This document shows positions 6,481 to 15,381 of a stretch of DNA of 32,000 bases, one piece after another (position 1 is the first letter of the stretch; each line of letters starts with the position of its first letter). This DNA is from Candidatus Kuenenia stuttgartensis (lineage in GTDB: Bacteria > Planctomycetota > Brocadiia > Brocadiales > Brocadiaceae): contig NZ_LT934425.1 of NCBI RefSeq assembly GCF_900232105.1, positions 3,600,001 through 3,632,000 on the forward strand, written 5' to 3'. The position numbers and the translations under genes are program-made. The notes below the pieces were generated by a model that saw only the letters and a program-made list of their open reading frames with translations, was not told the origin of the DNA and made no database searches.

Positions 6481-7956
6481 TTAATTCATCGTACCTTCAA
6501 GAAATCCTTCCAGTTTTCTACTGCGAACCGGATGTTGAAGTTTACGAAGGGCAATAGCTTCAATCTGCCGGATACGTTCGCGGGTTATATTGAACCTCTT
6601 TCCGATTTCTTCCAATGAGTGTGTGTATCCATCACTAATTCCAAAACGTAATTTAATAATCTCCCGTTCGCGGTAACTTAACGTATCAAGCACCTTTTGT
6701 ATTTGTTCTTTTAATAAAGAACGCTGGGCAAGAAATATAGGGGCGTCTATTTTTTTGTCCTGAATAAAATCTTCAAACATTGTTTCTCCATCACTGCCAA
6801 TTGGTGTTTCTAATGATATAGGTTGTGATGTTATCTGAAGCAATCTATATATTTCAGGCAATGGCGTATTGGTATCCCTTGCAATGGCTTCTAACTGTAT
6901 TTTTTCCGCAGATGATCCCTGTCCAGCTTTGGCCACGTAAGTAGACTTATTGATTACATCCATCATATGCACAGGGATTCGTATTGTTCTTACTTTTTCT
7001 TCTGTTGCCCTGATAATAGCTTGTTTTATCCACCATGTTGCATATGTGCTGAATTTAAAACCCATCCTGTAGTCATATTTGTCCACGGCGCGCATAAGCC
7101 CCGTATTACCTTCCTGGATAAGGTCGTGAAAAGCCATCCCTCGTTTTCTATATTTTTTTGCGATACTTACTACCAGTCGTAAATTTCCCTCTGAAAACCG
7201 CTTTCTTGCCATCACATATTCATTGTAAATGGAATTAATAGAAAAAATAATTTTTTTCAACTCTTTCGCCGGCATTGCAAACAATGCCTCTATCTCATTG
7301 ATATCACAAGAAAGTTCTTTGCATAATTCCCTTTTAAAATTACGATGGACGGTACGTTTTCTATTATAATCCGCAATTGTCGATAAAACCTCTAACAATT
7401 CACGCATAACCGGCAGTATGGTTTCCGACCGTACACTAATGGATTCTAACTCTTTAATCGCCATTCCCTTTCTTACGAGAATACTTTTATGCACCCTCAG
7501 CTTTTTATCCCGCGCAATATTTCCCCTGCGAATCTTTTCATAATCTTTTAAATTGCTTTCTATGCTCTTTCTGATATTGCTGGTAACCGCGTGAATCTGT
7601 TCAACAACTGCATCCCGGTTTTGTTCTCTTGCCGCTGATAATTCAACAAATTGAACAAGCTCTGATTCACTCTCCACTCCTTCCAGTAGTCGTATATACA
7701 TTTCCAAGGCATAATCAAAACCCAGCACCTTGCGATGGAGCAGTCTGCTCATAACCCGTATCTTCTTCGCAAGGTAGATTTCTTCTGCAGGGGTAAGCAG
7801 TGGTATTTTTGCCATCTCATTTAAATATAATCGTACAGAATCATAATCGCGGCTCTTTTCTTCTTCCTGGTTCCATTCTGTTATCTCTTCCTCAACCGGG
7901 TTATTTTCGTTGTTTATTTGATCTAACCGTTCTGTTTTTTGTTTTAATATGGTCAT
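6481..7956 (-). CDS. rpoD: RNA polymerase primary-type sigma factor (sigma-70 family)
   Basis: 491 aa. Region 2 is DLIQEGNTGLMRAVDKYDYRMGFKFSTYATWWIKQAIIRA. Region 4 is LEEIGKRFNITRERIRQIEAIALRKLQHP. Confidence 0.92.
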   Translation of the reverse strand: MTILKQKTERLDQINNENNPVEEEITEWNQEEEKSRDYDSVRLYLNEMAKIPLLTPAEEIYLAKKIRVMSRLLHRKVLGFDYALEMYIRLLEGVESESELVQFVELSAAREQNRDAVVEQIHAVTSNIRKSIESNLKDYEKIRRGNIARDKKLRVHKSILVRKGMAIKELESISVRSETILPVMRELLEVLSTIADYNRKRTVHRNFKRELCKELSCDINEIEALFAMPAKELKKIIFSINSIYNEYVMARKRFSEGNLRLVVSIAKKYRKRGMAFHDLIQEGNTGLMRAVDKYDYRMGFKFSTYATWWIKQAIIRATEEKVRTIRIPVHMMDVINKSTYVAKAGQGSSAEKIQLEAIARDTNTPLPEIYRLLQITSQPISLETPIGSDGETMFEDFIQDKKIDAPIFLAQRSLLKEQIQKVLDTLSYREREIIKLRFGISDGYTHSLEEIGKRFNITRERIRQIEAIALRKLQHPVRSRKLEGFLEGTMN

Positions 7957-8181
7957 AACACTATTTTATTGAGTTAAGTGAATAAAATAAAATAATCATC
8001 TACACGTATCATATAACATAATTTATTTATTAAATGTTCTCCTGGAATATATATTTTTACCATTTTACAAAATTTTAATGAAGTTTTTTTTATTCAAATT
8101 ACTAAATAAGCGCGGATTATAACATAATAGTCTAATAAATCGGTACAAAATATTGCCCTGTTTTCATCTATTTTTTATTTT

Positions 8182-8353
8182 CGTACCACTTTAATTTTTT
8201 TTAAACAACCCCGGAGGGATGAAATGTTGAAAAGCTAAAACACCAAATACGATGATAAAGCTCCAAAAGGAGCGATGTATTGTTTATGTGCCTTATAGGC
8301 CGTTCCTCCTCACGAAGCTTTTCAGGAGTTTTTCAAGAGAATAAATTGTTCCG
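8182..8353. mobile_element. Degenerate short copy (C) of the same MITE-like family
   Basis: Left end cgtaccactttaattttttttaaac and right end tttttcaagagaataaattgttccg each match the 25-bp TIR consensus at 19/25 by my count. The interior carries a gctcc-aaaa-ggagc cassette (8260-8273). No flanking duplication. Confidence 0.55.
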
Positions 8354-8512
8354 TAATAAGTCGTAGTGTCCTTAAAGTATTACACCAAGGGGAAAACAGC
8401 TAAAGCAGGATTCTAAAATAAAAAGTGAATGGCGGGATGGGATAACGAGTGTCTTTGTAAAGTGTCAAAAAGACTGTCTTTTTGAAGAGATTATACTAAT
8501 TTTTGCTGCCTG

Positions 8513-8554
8513 AAATAAAGCAGAGACACAAAATTTTGCGTCTCTGCTTTATTT
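8513..8554 (-). terminator. Hairpin terminator downstream of the glutaredoxin-like gene
   Basis: Perfect 15-bp inverted repeat aaataaagcagagac / gtctctgctttattt (8513-8527 / 8540-8554) with T-rich ends, about 70 nt past the stop at 8622. Confidence 0.55.
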
Positions 8555-8621
8555 GGGGGGCGAAGCATAAAACGTGGGGGGTTCTGGCTACAATCATATT
8601 GCAAGATTCACGAGTGTTGAT

Positions 8622-8813
8622 TTAAGCGTCTACCTCAACGGGTAGTTCCATATTTTGCATTGAAGCTTGTACCAAGGCCTCTCTGTCAATATCATCTTCA
8701 GGCTGTTTGATTCTTTCGGCGTTTCTTTCGACAAATCGTATACCATCTGCCCTGTATTTTTCCTTCAACGTTTCGCACTTTGGACAATCTTCAGCCGTAT
8801 ATATGTATTTCAT
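8622..8813 (-). CDS. Glutaredoxin/NrdH-like small thioredoxin-fold protein (CPKC active site)
   Basis: MKYIYTAEDCPKCETLKEKYRADGIRFVE... has CxxC after the first beta-strand. ATG 8813 has an AAGGATGG RBS 5 nt upstream; the track ORF starts at GTG 8822. Confidence 0.6.
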   Translation of the reverse strand: MKYIYTAEDCPKCETLKEKYRADGIRFVERNAERIKQPEDDIDREALVQASMQNMELPVEVDA

Positions 8814-9037
8814 CGACACCATCCTTTGTATAAATATATTTGCAGGCTTTTCTCACTAACAAAATTTCAAGGTATTTTACTACAGGATAAAATAGTTTCA
8901 AGGTTAATTTTCTTGTATAAAATAAAAATATAATTACAATAAATCGTTTGCCGGTGCAAGATGCTGCAATGATAATTATTTGACTACAAAAGTTTTGTGT
9001 GCTATATTTCACCCTTACCAGGGAAGGGGTAATGGTT

Positions 9038-9319
9038 ATGAGATTTATTGGATTGCTTATTGCTGCGGCGGTGGCTGTTTGGGTTTACATGGATGCCAAA
9101 AGTAAAGGATATAAAACCATTTCTGCCGTCGGATGGATGTTAGGTGCGTTTTTGCTTATGATCGTATTTTTGCCGTTGTATTTATTTACACGGCCAAAAC
9201 AGTCGCAGGTGGAGATATTGACGCCTTGTAAATACTGTGGGAGACATTATGAGGGCAGCCCTGCGTATTGCCCCAATTGCGGGCATAAGGTTGAAGGGTA
9301 TTCATTTAACGGGGAATAA
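9038..9319 (+). CDS. Small membrane protein with C-terminal zinc-ribbon (CxxC...CxxC)
   Basis: Two hydrophobic helices followed by CKYCGRHYEGSPAYCPNCGHKV. RBS GGAAGGGG at 9022-9029. In-frame alternative starts at 9032 and 8999. Confidence 0.55.
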   Translation: MRFIGLLIAAAVAVWVYMDAKSKGYKTISAVGWMLGAFLLMIVFLPLYLFTRPKQSQVEILTPCKYCGRHYEGSPAYCPNCGHKVEGYSFNGE

Positions 9320-9322
9320 ACT

Positions 9323-9763
9323 ATGGATTTAAATGAAAAGATCAAAGAAGATTTAAAATCTTCCATGAAAGTGCAGGATAAGATGAGAACCTCCGTCTTG
9401 CGTATGATGCTTGCGGATATAAAAATTGCAGAGACATCTGGCAAGCCAAGGGATCAGATAGATTATGCTGCAGTAGTTCAAGGGTATCAGAAAAAATTAA
9501 AAAAGACGCGGGAAGAGTATGAAAGGCTTTCGTTACCGGAAAAGACAAGAGAAATAGATAATGAGCTTGCTATCGTGGAGGAATATCTTCCAAAGCAGCT
9601 TTCTGATGAAGATGTTCAGAAAATTGTTAATGAAGTTGTTGACGAAAACAAATTTACCGGAAAAGAATTTGGCGTTGCAATGAAACTTATTATGAACAAA
9701 TGCGGCGGAACAGCCGATGGGAAGAGGGTTCAAACGATTTTAAAACAAAAACTAGGTTGTTGA
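9323..9763 (+). CDS. yqeY: GatB/YqeY domain-containing protein
   Basis: 146 aa. The N-terminal LKSSMKVQDKMRTSVLRMMLADIK block and the EEYLPKQLSDEDV block are typical of the YqeY family. Confidence 0.8.
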   Translation: MDLNEKIKEDLKSSMKVQDKMRTSVLRMMLADIKIAETSGKPRDQIDYAAVVQGYQKKLKKTREEYERLSLPEKTREIDNELAIVEEYLPKQLSDEDVQKIVNEVVDENKFTGKEFGVAMKLIMNKCGGTADGKRVQTILKQKLGC

Positions 9764-9913
9764 GCCGTCTTCTGTCATTGAACACCCGAAGGCAGTAACA
9801 CAGCGCAGCAAGCCTCAACCAAAGATAACCTCCCCTTCTTTCGTGAGGAAGGGAAAAACCTTGCAGAAAAAGAAGTTTTTACACAGTAATAAAAGAAAAA
9901 CTTTTTCTGAATA

Positions 9914-11269
9914 TTGTCCATGCAAAATGAAAACTGGAAGGAATCGCTTCGGAATTTAGCGGCCGATGAACTTAGGAATATCAGGTCTTTTGTCGATGAA
10001 TTAATTCAGGAATCAGAAGCAAAAGCAACCATCCCTGCAACAGCAGCAGCAGCAGAAATTGCACCTGTCATTGTTTACCCGCCAGACACACCTCAGAAAT
10101 CAGGAGAAAGACGCACAGAGAAACGTTTTGATATGAAGATAAGTGGTACGTGTGCGATCCTAGATAGGAGCTTGAATGATTATTCAAATGAAGAAATACC
10201 CATTACTATTAAGGATGTTTCTCAGCACGGAATCAGGTTTATTATCAATCGTTCATTGTTGCCGTCAAACCATTTAATCATTAAATTCAGCTTATCTCCT
10301 GCCGGCGTTTCCGGCAATTTGTATCGAAAGCCGCAAAAGAAAATATCTGTGGAGGTAAGGAGGGTGCTAAAACGTTCCACTTCGTCCGGTGAAGAGTATG
10401 ATATAGGCGCTTTATCTATAGACGAGGATTCTATGGAGAAATTGCAGGAAGAGGTTAATGGTATTGAGGTTATAAAAAAACGTTGTAAAATGAAGAAAGA
10501 CCTGAAAATAATGGTGCTCTATACCAAGGAAACCCAATGCAGGGCAATTGAAAATATATTATCAAAGCAAGGGTATATTATTTTTGCGGTAAATCAAAAA
10601 CACAATGCTATGAGTATATTACGCAAAAACAAATGCGATCTTCTTGTTACTGAATTTGAATCTGCAAAGATTAATGAGTATGAATTGTTAAAAGATGTAA
10701 AGACCGAATTTGCTGATTTGGGAATAATATTGGAAATAGACTCGGTAGATACATGGATAGACCTTTTATCATTTCGTTTGGATGAATATCTCATAAAAGG
10801 TTTTAATGAAAGAGAACTCACTATTGTTGTTGAAGTGGTTTTTAAAAAAATATTGTATAAAAATATGTTTCGTCAATATATTGAAAACGAAAAACGGTCG
10901 AATCAAAATCTACTGATTGTTAGCCTCAGAGATACAGTGAGAAAACAGCTTTATGAGATTACAGACCAAAAGGGTTTGGATACCATTTTTGTCATTAATA
11001 CGGAACACGCATGGAATGTGTTAAATATGAACAAAATTGATTTTATGCTTTTAGACACTGAAATTACCGGTGAGGAGGGATTGGATTTTATTACAAAAGT
11101 AAAAAAATATTTCCCGCGTCTTTCAACTACGATACTGTCGGAAAACATTCGGGAACGTAGCAGTTATTTGATGGGTGGGGTGGATAATTTTATTGTGAAG
11201 CCAAATGATATGCAAAAATTAAAACAATATTGGGACTCGGCTATAACACAACGGTATTTTTGCCAATAA
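9914..11269 (+). CDS. PilZ domain protein fused to two receiver-like (REC) domains
   Basis: PilZ motifs RRTEKR (RxxxR) and DVSQHG (DxSxxG). Two CheY-like folds follow: ...CDLLVTEFES... and ...IDFMLLDTEITGEEGLDF...FIVKP. TTG 9914 or ATG 9920 could be the start. Confidence 0.7.
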   Translation: MSMQNENWKESLRNLAADELRNIRSFVDELIQESEAKATIPATAAAAEIAPVIVYPPDTPQKSGERRTEKRFDMKISGTCAILDRSLNDYSNEEIPITIKDVSQHGIRFIINRSLLPSNHLIIKFSLSPAGVSGNLYRKPQKKISVEVRRVLKRSTSSGEEYDIGALSIDEDSMEKLQEEVNGIEVIKKRCKMKKDLKIMVLYTKETQCRAIENILSKQGYIIFAVNQKHNAMSILRKNKCDLLVTEFESAKINEYELLKDVKTEFADLGIILEIDSVDTWIDLLSFRLDEYLIKGFNERELTIVVEVVFKKILYKNMFRQYIENEKRSNQNLLIVSLRDTVRKQLYEITDQKGLDTIFVINTEHAWNVLNMNKIDFMLLDTEITGEEGLDFITKVKKYFPRLSTTILSENIRERSSYLMGGVDNFIVKPNDMQKLKQYWDSAITQRYFCQ

Positions 11270-13010
11270 GATCTTTTGTGCATGCACATTCAAAGGAAAG
11301 CGCCTGTGACATTCTGCTCTTATCCCTGTAAATGGTTATTCCTTTACAACCGCTTCTGTATGCCAGCAGGAAGACCTTTTCCACATCCTCAGCGGTTGAT
11401 TCTTTTGGAAAATTAATAGTTTTGGAAACGGCGTTATCGATATATTTTTGGCAGATAGATTGAATTTTTACGTGATATTCCGGTGAAATGTCTCTTGCCG
11501 TTGTAAATATTCTTTTTATATCATCTGGAATATAGGCAATATTTTGTATTGAACCCTCCCTTTTTACCTCTGCTAAAAGTTTATCAGTATACAGTCCTCT
11601 TTTTTTTGCAACGTTTTCAAAAAACGGATGGATTTCCGGTAATCCACCTTCAACGAGAACATTTCTTGTATATGCAATGGCAAACAGAGGCTCTATGCCG
11701 CTGGAACAATTGGCAATAATGCTGATAGTGCCTGTAGGCGCTATTGTTGTTCGTGTCGCATTTCTATATTTGGGGCCATTTTGCCGGGCATAAATACTTT
11801 TTTCATAGTTGGGAAACATACCGCGTTCTGATGCCAATCTCTCAGATGCTTCATTTGCTTTTCCGGAGAAGAATCTTAAAAGTTTATCAGTGAATCTCAT
11901 GGCTTCTTCTGAATTATAGGGAATATTGAGTTTTATGAGAAGGTCTGCAAATCCCATGATCCCCAATCCTATTTTTCTGTTGCCTTTGGTTAACACTTCA
12001 ATTTGAGGTAATGGATGCTTTGTTGCATCAATAACATTGTCAAGAAAGTGCACGGCAAGATGGATTGTTTTCTCCAATGTGTGCCAATTCATTTCGTAAT
12101 GATCATTTTTGTATGTAGTCATTTGCGAAACATTGACCGATCCTAAAACACATGCTTCATAAGGCAGCAGGGGCTGTTCTCCACAGGGGTTTGTTCCCTC
12201 AATACTCCCAAGCAATGGGGTAGGATTGGCGGCGTTTATGGCATCAATAAATAAAACGCCCGGCTCGCCATTTTTCCATGCGGATTGTACGATTTCCTGA
12301 AAAAGCACTTTTGCCCTTATTGTTTTGACAACCAATTTCGTTCTCGGATTAATGAGGGGAAATGGTGCGTCATTTTCCACTGCTTCCATGAATGCATTCG
12401 TAATCCCGACAGAAATGTTAAAATTTGTCAAAACACCTTCAGTATTTTTTGCATGAATAAAATCAAAAATATCGGGATGATTTACGTTCAGCGCCGCCAT
12501 ATTTGCGCCTCGTCTGAAACCACCCTGGTTTATGGCCTCCGTCGCTTCATTGAAAACCTTCATAAAGGAAACAGGGCCGCTTGCCATACCACATGAAGCG
12601 CTTACAATATCATTTTTTGGTCTTATGCGTGAGAAACTGAAACCGGTGCCGCCCCCGCTTTTGTGGATTAATGCGGCTTGTTTTACGGTATCAAATATGC
12701 CTTCGATGGAATCTTCTACAGGCAATACGAAACATGCGAGCAATTGTTGCAGATGCCTGCCTGCGTTCATTAATGCAGGTGAGTTGGGCAAAAATTGCAG
12801 TGAGGTCATAAGGTGGTAAAACTCTTCTTCCATGGAAACAATATCAGCCTTTTTATTATAAATTAAATCAACCGAGGCGATATTTTTTGCCACTCTGCGA
12901 AACATATCTTCAGGCGATTCTATGATCTTGCCTAAGACATTTCTTTTTAAATATCTCTTTTCAAGCGTCAGTTTAGCGTTTGGAGATAAGAAAAGGATAT
13001 TTTTATTCAT
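11241..13010 (-). CDS. nrdJ: Adenosylcobalamin-dependent (class II) ribonucleotide reductase
   Basis: 589 aa. Motifs: NPCGEQPLLPYEACVLGS (active-site Cys/Glu), TIAPTGTISIIANCSSGIEP and GCKGITIYRD. The 3' end overlaps the convergent PilZ gene by 29 bp. Confidence 0.88.
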   Translation of the reverse strand: MNKNILFLSPNAKLTLEKRYLKRNVLGKIIESPEDMFRRVAKNIASVDLIYNKKADIVSMEEEFYHLMTSLQFLPNSPALMNAGRHLQQLLACFVLPVEDSIEGIFDTVKQAALIHKSGGGTGFSFSRIRPKNDIVSASCGMASGPVSFMKVFNEATEAINQGGFRRGANMAALNVNHPDIFDFIHAKNTEGVLTNFNISVGITNAFMEAVENDAPFPLINPRTKLVVKTIRAKVLFQEIVQSAWKNGEPGVLFIDAINAANPTPLLGSIEGTNPCGEQPLLPYEACVLGSVNVSQMTTYKNDHYEMNWHTLEKTIHLAVHFLDNVIDATKHPLPQIEVLTKGNRKIGLGIMGFADLLIKLNIPYNSEEAMRFTDKLLRFFSGKANEASERLASERGMFPNYEKSIYARQNGPKYRNATRTTIAPTGTISIIANCSSGIEPLFAIAYTRNVLVEGGLPEIHPFFENVAKKRGLYTDKLLAEVKREGSIQNIAYIPDDIKRIFTTARDISPEYHVKIQSICQKYIDNAVSKTINFPKESTAEDVEKVFLLAYRSGCKGITIYRDKSRMSQALSFECACTKDLIGKNTVVL

Positions 13011-13035
13011 ATTTTTATTGAAAAAAGTAAATTAT

Positions 13036-13313
13036 CGTAACATTTTAGTCTTTTGAAAAACGTATTACCTATAAGCTCCATAGGAGCAGCCTGTTTGTAG
13101 CAAAATAGGATATTATAACAGATATTAGCTCCGTTAGGAGCGACCTGTCTCTTGTAAACCCATATTAAACAGGTCTGCCTGAATATGGACAGGCCGCTCC
13201 TACGGAGCTATTTACTCTATTGAATTTTATTGTGCTACAAACAGACCGCCCCTAACGGGGCTACATGGTATTTTTTCTATACCGGGAATTTTTCAAAAAA
13301 CTAAAGTGTTACA
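13036..13313. mobile_element. MITE-like element, copy B (278 bp), inverted relative to copy A
   Basis: Ends are cgtaacattttagtcttttgaaaaa (13036-13060) and tttttcaaaaaactaaagtgttaca (13289-13313). Identical hexamers AATTAT flank it at 13030-13035 and 13314-13319. The interior is collinear with the reverse complement of copy A except for one swapped cassette. Confidence 0.8.
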
Positions 13314-13414
13314 AATTATCTCTATTGCGGCATTTTATTCTTACGTTCTGCGCAAAAATATAATAAATTTTCACTCACAAAGTGTGGATAAGCTTTATGG
13401 TTAAGTCAACAGAA

Positions 13415-14518
13415 TTAAATGATCAGCATACAGTCACCGTAGCTGTAAAAGCGATATCCCTCTTTTTTGGCAATTTCATAGGCGTTAAAAATTTGTTCCC
13501 TTCCTGCAAAGGCTGAAACTAATAAGAAAAGAGTGGTTTTCGGAAGATGAAAGTTGGTAATGAGCGCATCAACGTATTGAAAAGGATATGGCGGATATAT
13601 AAACAAATCTGTATAACCAGAAAACTGATGTATGTTGTTATTCAATGCAATCGTTTCAAGCGTTCGGCATGACGTGCTTCCGGTTGCAATAATGCGTCCA
13701 CCCCGGTTTTTGGTGATAGTTATTTTTGGGAGCAATTCTTTTGTATATTCGTAATATTCTTTATGCATACGGTGATTTTTTATCTCTTCCGTTTTGATAG
13801 GCAAAAACGTGCCTAATCCGACATGAAGCGTGACAAACGCGATATCTGTTCCGCTATTTCTTATTTTTCCCAAAACATCTTCGCTGAAATGTAATCCCGC
13901 CGTTGGGGCTGCGATAGCGCCTTCCTTTTGAGCGAACACGGTCTGATATCGTTCTGCATCCAGGGTGGAAAGTGTATTGTTTTTTTTAGGACGTTTTATA
14001 TATGGAGGTAATGGCATTTCTCCGGTCCGGTGAATAAGTTCCCTTATATTCGCCCCGTTTTCTATCCGCAATATCCACGAGTTATCTTCATGTTTTACAA
14101 GTAAACAGGCTGAAACGGCGGCATTATCAAGATAAATCTTTTCTCCTTTCTTCAACAGCCCATTTGATTTTAGCAAAGCCTTCCAGTGATTACCTTCCAA
14201 TTCTTCTATGAACAATAAATCTACATATGCCCCCTGAGGTTTTTTACCAGCTATCCGTGACGGAATAACCTTCGTATTATTCAACACGAGAAGATCTTCG
14301 GGGCGGAGGTAACCGGCAATTTCACTGAATCTGCGATGTTCTATCCTGCCAGAGCGGCGATATAGAACCAAAAGCCGCGCATTATCCCTTTTTTCCGTAG
14401 GTTTTTGGGCAATAAGTTCTTTTGGAAGATCGAAATCGTAATCGGATAATTTATGAGAAATGACAGAGACGTCAGGCATTCCGGTATTTAGCAATGAAAA
14501 ACAGAAAATTAGAGGCAC
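13415..14518 (-). CDS. queA: S-adenosylmethionine:tRNA ribosyltransferase-isomerase
   Basis: LSDYDFDLPKELIAQKP, ARLLVL, LHVGLGTFLPI and NFHLPKTTLF are QueA blocks. The track start is GTG 14518; ATG 14479 (MPDVSV...) fits the usual N-terminus better. Confidence 0.88.
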   Translation of the reverse strand: MPLIFCFSLLNTGMPDVSVISHKLSDYDFDLPKELIAQKPTEKRDNARLLVLYRRSGRIEHRRFSEIAGYLRPEDLLVLNNTKVIPSRIAGKKPQGAYVDLLFIEELEGNHWKALLKSNGLLKKGEKIYLDNAAVSACLLVKHEDNSWILRIENGANIRELIHRTGEMPLPPYIKRPKKNNTLSTLDAERYQTVFAQKEGAIAAPTAGLHFSEDVLGKIRNSGTDIAFVTLHVGLGTFLPIKTEEIKNHRMHKEYYEYTKELLPKITITKNRGGRIIATGSTSCRTLETIALNNNIHQFSGYTDLFIYPPYPFQYVDALITNFHLPKTTLFLLVSAFAGREQIFNAYEIAKKEGYRFYSYGDCMLII

Positions 14519-14747
14519 TTTGGTTTATTTACTTCATATTAAAAGACATCTAAGAAAATAACAATTAAAAAAAACAGTGTTCAATTATGGAAATTCATGA
14601 AAAAAAGAAAAACATACGCTAAATTTTAGGAAAAACATTCTTTTTTATTACTACAACATATAGTATCCGAACATGACAATATGACAACAATTTGGATAGA
14701 TAGTTAATATTACGCGGATTATGCAGAAGCAAAGGGAAAAATATTTG

Positions 14748-14775
14748 TTGACAAAAAGAAAAAATAAGATAATTT
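14748..14775 (+). promoter_or_regulatory. Candidate dcw (mraZ) promoter
   Basis: Perfect TTGACA at 14748-14753 with an A/T-rich -10 candidate (GATAAT / TAATTT, 14768-14775). The spacer is 14-16 nt depending on which hexamer is chosen. Confidence 0.35.
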
Positions 14776-14786
14776 CATAGCCACAT

Positions 14787-14822
14787 AAGTGGTATAAAGT
14801 GGTATAAAGTGGTGAAAAGTGG
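14787..14822 (+). promoter_or_regulatory. Four direct AAGTGG repeats at exact 10-bp phasing: putative MraZ operator
   Basis: AAGTGG occurs at 14787, 14797, 14807 and 14817, ending 10 nt before the mraZ ATG. Known MraZ boxes are GTGG-containing direct repeats with 10-bp periodicity just upstream of mraZ. Confidence 0.6.
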
Positions 14823-14831
14823 GGAAAGCGT

Positions 14832-15272
14832 ATGTTCACCGGAGAGTACCGACACACAATAGATACTAAAAACCGCCTTGCCATTCCGGCTTCTTTGCGT
14901 GAAAGCATTAACGAAGAAGTTGAGGGGAAAGGGTTTTATATAACGCGGGGCCTCGATACATGTCTCTTCATGTATACCCCTAAAGAATGGCAAGGTGTTG
15001 TTTCCAAAATAGAACAATCCTCTTTTACGAATAAAAAGGCGCGACAATTTCAGCGTCTTTTTTTCTCTAAAGCCCAACACATTAGCGTAACGGATCCTCA
15101 TGGTCGCATATTAATTCCTCAGTACCTCAAAGAAATTGCGAATATACAGAAAAATGTTGTTATTGTGGGCGTGAATAACCGGATTGAAATATGGGATGAA
15201 AAAAACTGGAGCGACTTTGAATCGGAAACTAACGAGGAATATGAAGAAATTGCAGAAGATTTATTCCAGTAA
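14832..15272 (+). CDS. mraZ: Transcriptional regulator MraZ
   Basis: MFTGEYRHTIDTKNRLAIPASLRE..., with a second half-domain DPHGRILIPQYLKE. First gene of the dcw cluster. Confidence 0.92.
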   Translation: MFTGEYRHTIDTKNRLAIPASLRESINEEVEGKGFYITRGLDTCLFMYTPKEWQGVVSKIEQSSFTNKKARQFQRLFFSKAQHISVTDPHGRILIPQYLKEIANIQKNVVIVGVNNRIEIWDEKNWSDFESETNEEYEEIAEDLFQ

Positions 15273-15381
15273 GCATGACTTTCCTTATAACCGATGAATG
15301 GCAGAAACGCATTATAATCACTGTGAAATCTATGAGATATTCCGGGATTGAACCCACGCAGGTTTTTAATGAAAATATCAT

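Noticed and set aside
13011-13035. Cobalamin riboswitch upstream of the B12-dependent nrdJ
   Set aside because: Only 25 nt separate the start codon from the MITE, and nothing resembling a B12 box is seen. There is no space for a riboswitch.
905-13260. Recurring short hairpin repeats, considered as a CRISPR array
   Set aside because: Repeats are not regularly spaced, are imperfect or inverted, lie inside TIR-bounded elements, and no cas genes are present.
867-13313. Two inverted MITE copies bracketing about 11.9 kb, considered as a composite transposon or invertible segment
   Set aside because: Each copy has its own matched 6-bp duplication (TAAATT for A, AATTAT for B). They are therefore independent insertions, and no A/B recombination or inversion has occurred since insertion. 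The interval also carries core genes (rpoD, nrdJ, csp).
13383-13391. Perfect DnaA box (TGTGGATAA), considered as a hint of a replication origin
   Set aside because: It is a single isolated box with no cluster, no AT-rich unwinding repeats and no dnaA/dnaN nearby. This is compatible with chance occurrence.
14651-15101. Minus-strand ORFs of 85 and 108 aa overlapping the mraZ promoter and gene
   Set aside because: They are antisense shadows of mraZ and the repeat array, with no RBS or domain.
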